Assembly (NCBI RefSeq): GCF_001194135.2
Contig: NC_068995.1
Span: 24,938,944 to 25,002,943, forward strand
Direction: 5' to 3'
DNA length: 64,000 nt
Source: Octopus bimaculoides
Taxonomy: Eukaryota
Part shown: one piece after another, positions 62,835 to 64,000 of the stretch
Position numbering within the stretch: position 1 is the stretch's first letter
How the letters are laid out: every line of letters starts with the position of its first letter
Made by a program: the position numbers and the translations under genes
Notes under the pieces: model-generated
Told to the model about the DNA's origin: nothing
The model's database searches: none
Seen by the model: only the letters and a program-made list of their open reading frames with translations

Positions 62835-64000
62835 TAAGATAGCATTGGTGAGAATTGTATTTGAAATGATGATGGTAAACTTGTTTGTGTTGGAACTGGT
62901 TGGAGAAAGTTCAGGGAGCTACTACCACTATTGACAACAGTGTAGGGCAGATTGTATGACGTTTGTGTTGGAATTGTGATGCTGCATGGTGGTGAGACAT
63001 GGACTTTGAATGCAGAGAACCTGAGAAGACTGCAAGAAATGAAGTGTGCATGCACCAACGGATGTACAACATAAGTGTGAATAAGTGCTGAGAGAAAGAC
63101 TGGGCATAAGAGGAATCAGATGTAGTGAGATAATATTAGAAACCATAATATATGCATATGGATGAGGACAGCTGCATATGGAAGTGTCGATCTCTAATTT
63201 TGGAAGGAACCTGTAGAATAGGTAGTCCTAAGAAGGTGTGGAATGAAGTGGTGAGAAACGATCGTCAGATGTTGAGCTTCACAGAGATGACAAGCGGTCA
63301 AGACTTCTGGTGATTTGCCGTGCTTGAGAAGACACATCAAACTAAGCCAAATTGTGATGGGCCATGCCCCGCCTCTTACACACACACACATATATAATCT
63401 GTTCTCTGTCAAAACTCTCCCTGCAGCCCATCTTCCCAATACCACCACCATCACTTCCTACCACCCACAATAACTACCTACTGCAGGCCCTTCTTCTTTC
63501 CCTCACATGCCTATCTGCATCCTCACATATCTACCATACCCCACTCCCATTTCTCTCACTATCACTTGCTACTTTCACCTCTTCCCCATCTTTAAACATC
63601 TCCCTTCACACTCTTATTGACCATCCCCCTCTATTCACTCTGTATCACTTGTACATCCCACCTCCGCTACTTATTGGTAGGTCCTGATGCATCTCCAACA
63701 TCACTCTTTCTCTCTCACTCTGACTTTCTCTGTCTTTCTCTCTCTCTCACTCTGACTGTTCCTCTCTATCTTTCTCTCTAACTCTATCTTGCCTTCCTCT
63801 CCTTTCTCTTTTCCTACTGGGATTGCCAAGTATCCCCTCTGTAGTAAGACACCCCTCTGTAGTAAGACACCCCTCTCTATCCCTCTATAACACACTAACC
63901 TCTCACCTGGCACAAAGCCACTTCCTGCAGTTCTTACTCCCTTTTCCAGCTGAGAGGTTTTCATCTCACAAGTTGCTTGGCAATCCCACTGGTATCAGTG
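62835..64000 (+). mobile_element. RTE LINE 3' coding end plus CT-rich 3' UTR, running off the window
   Basis: CVGIVMLHGGETWTLNAENLRRL...ERLGIRGIRC...; same family as the 49260-49700 region. Confidence 0.75.

Overview
AT-rich, microsatellite- and transposon-dense eukaryotic scaffold with many N gaps. The SINE, RTE and Penelope repertoire suggests a coleoid cephalopod, probably Octopus (inference). Two host genes are partly visible. A SMYD-family (SET+MYND) gene starts on the minus strand at about 12.6-12.15 kb. Pyroglutamyl-peptidase I (PGPEP1) has coding exons at 57549-57582 and 60905-61074 on the plus strand; the rest is outside the window. A sharp fall in CpG content at about 40.4-41.8 kb probably marks the methylated PGPEP1 gene body. 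Most remaining sequence is decayed mobile DNA: mariner, pogo, hAT, Penelope, and Tx1/L1-, RTE-, HERO- and R4/Dong-type LINEs, plus three SINE families. Best leads: (1) a Tx1-type LINE, an ORF1-only 'half-LINE', a 430-bp mini-element and a tRNA-type SINE share one 3' tail; (2) several independent hammerhead-ribozyme-like motifs, one inside a tRNA-headed SINE; (3) a dense NRF1/ETS/YY1/E2F/CRE promoter facing the SMYD-like gene; (4) a tandemly and invertedly duplicated block at 23-27 kb with exon-like conservation and no family I recognise. No CRISPR, rRNA, genuine tRNA or Fanzor/TnpB was seen. All calls are by eye; no alignment, folding or database search was run, and many repeat boundaries are approximate.
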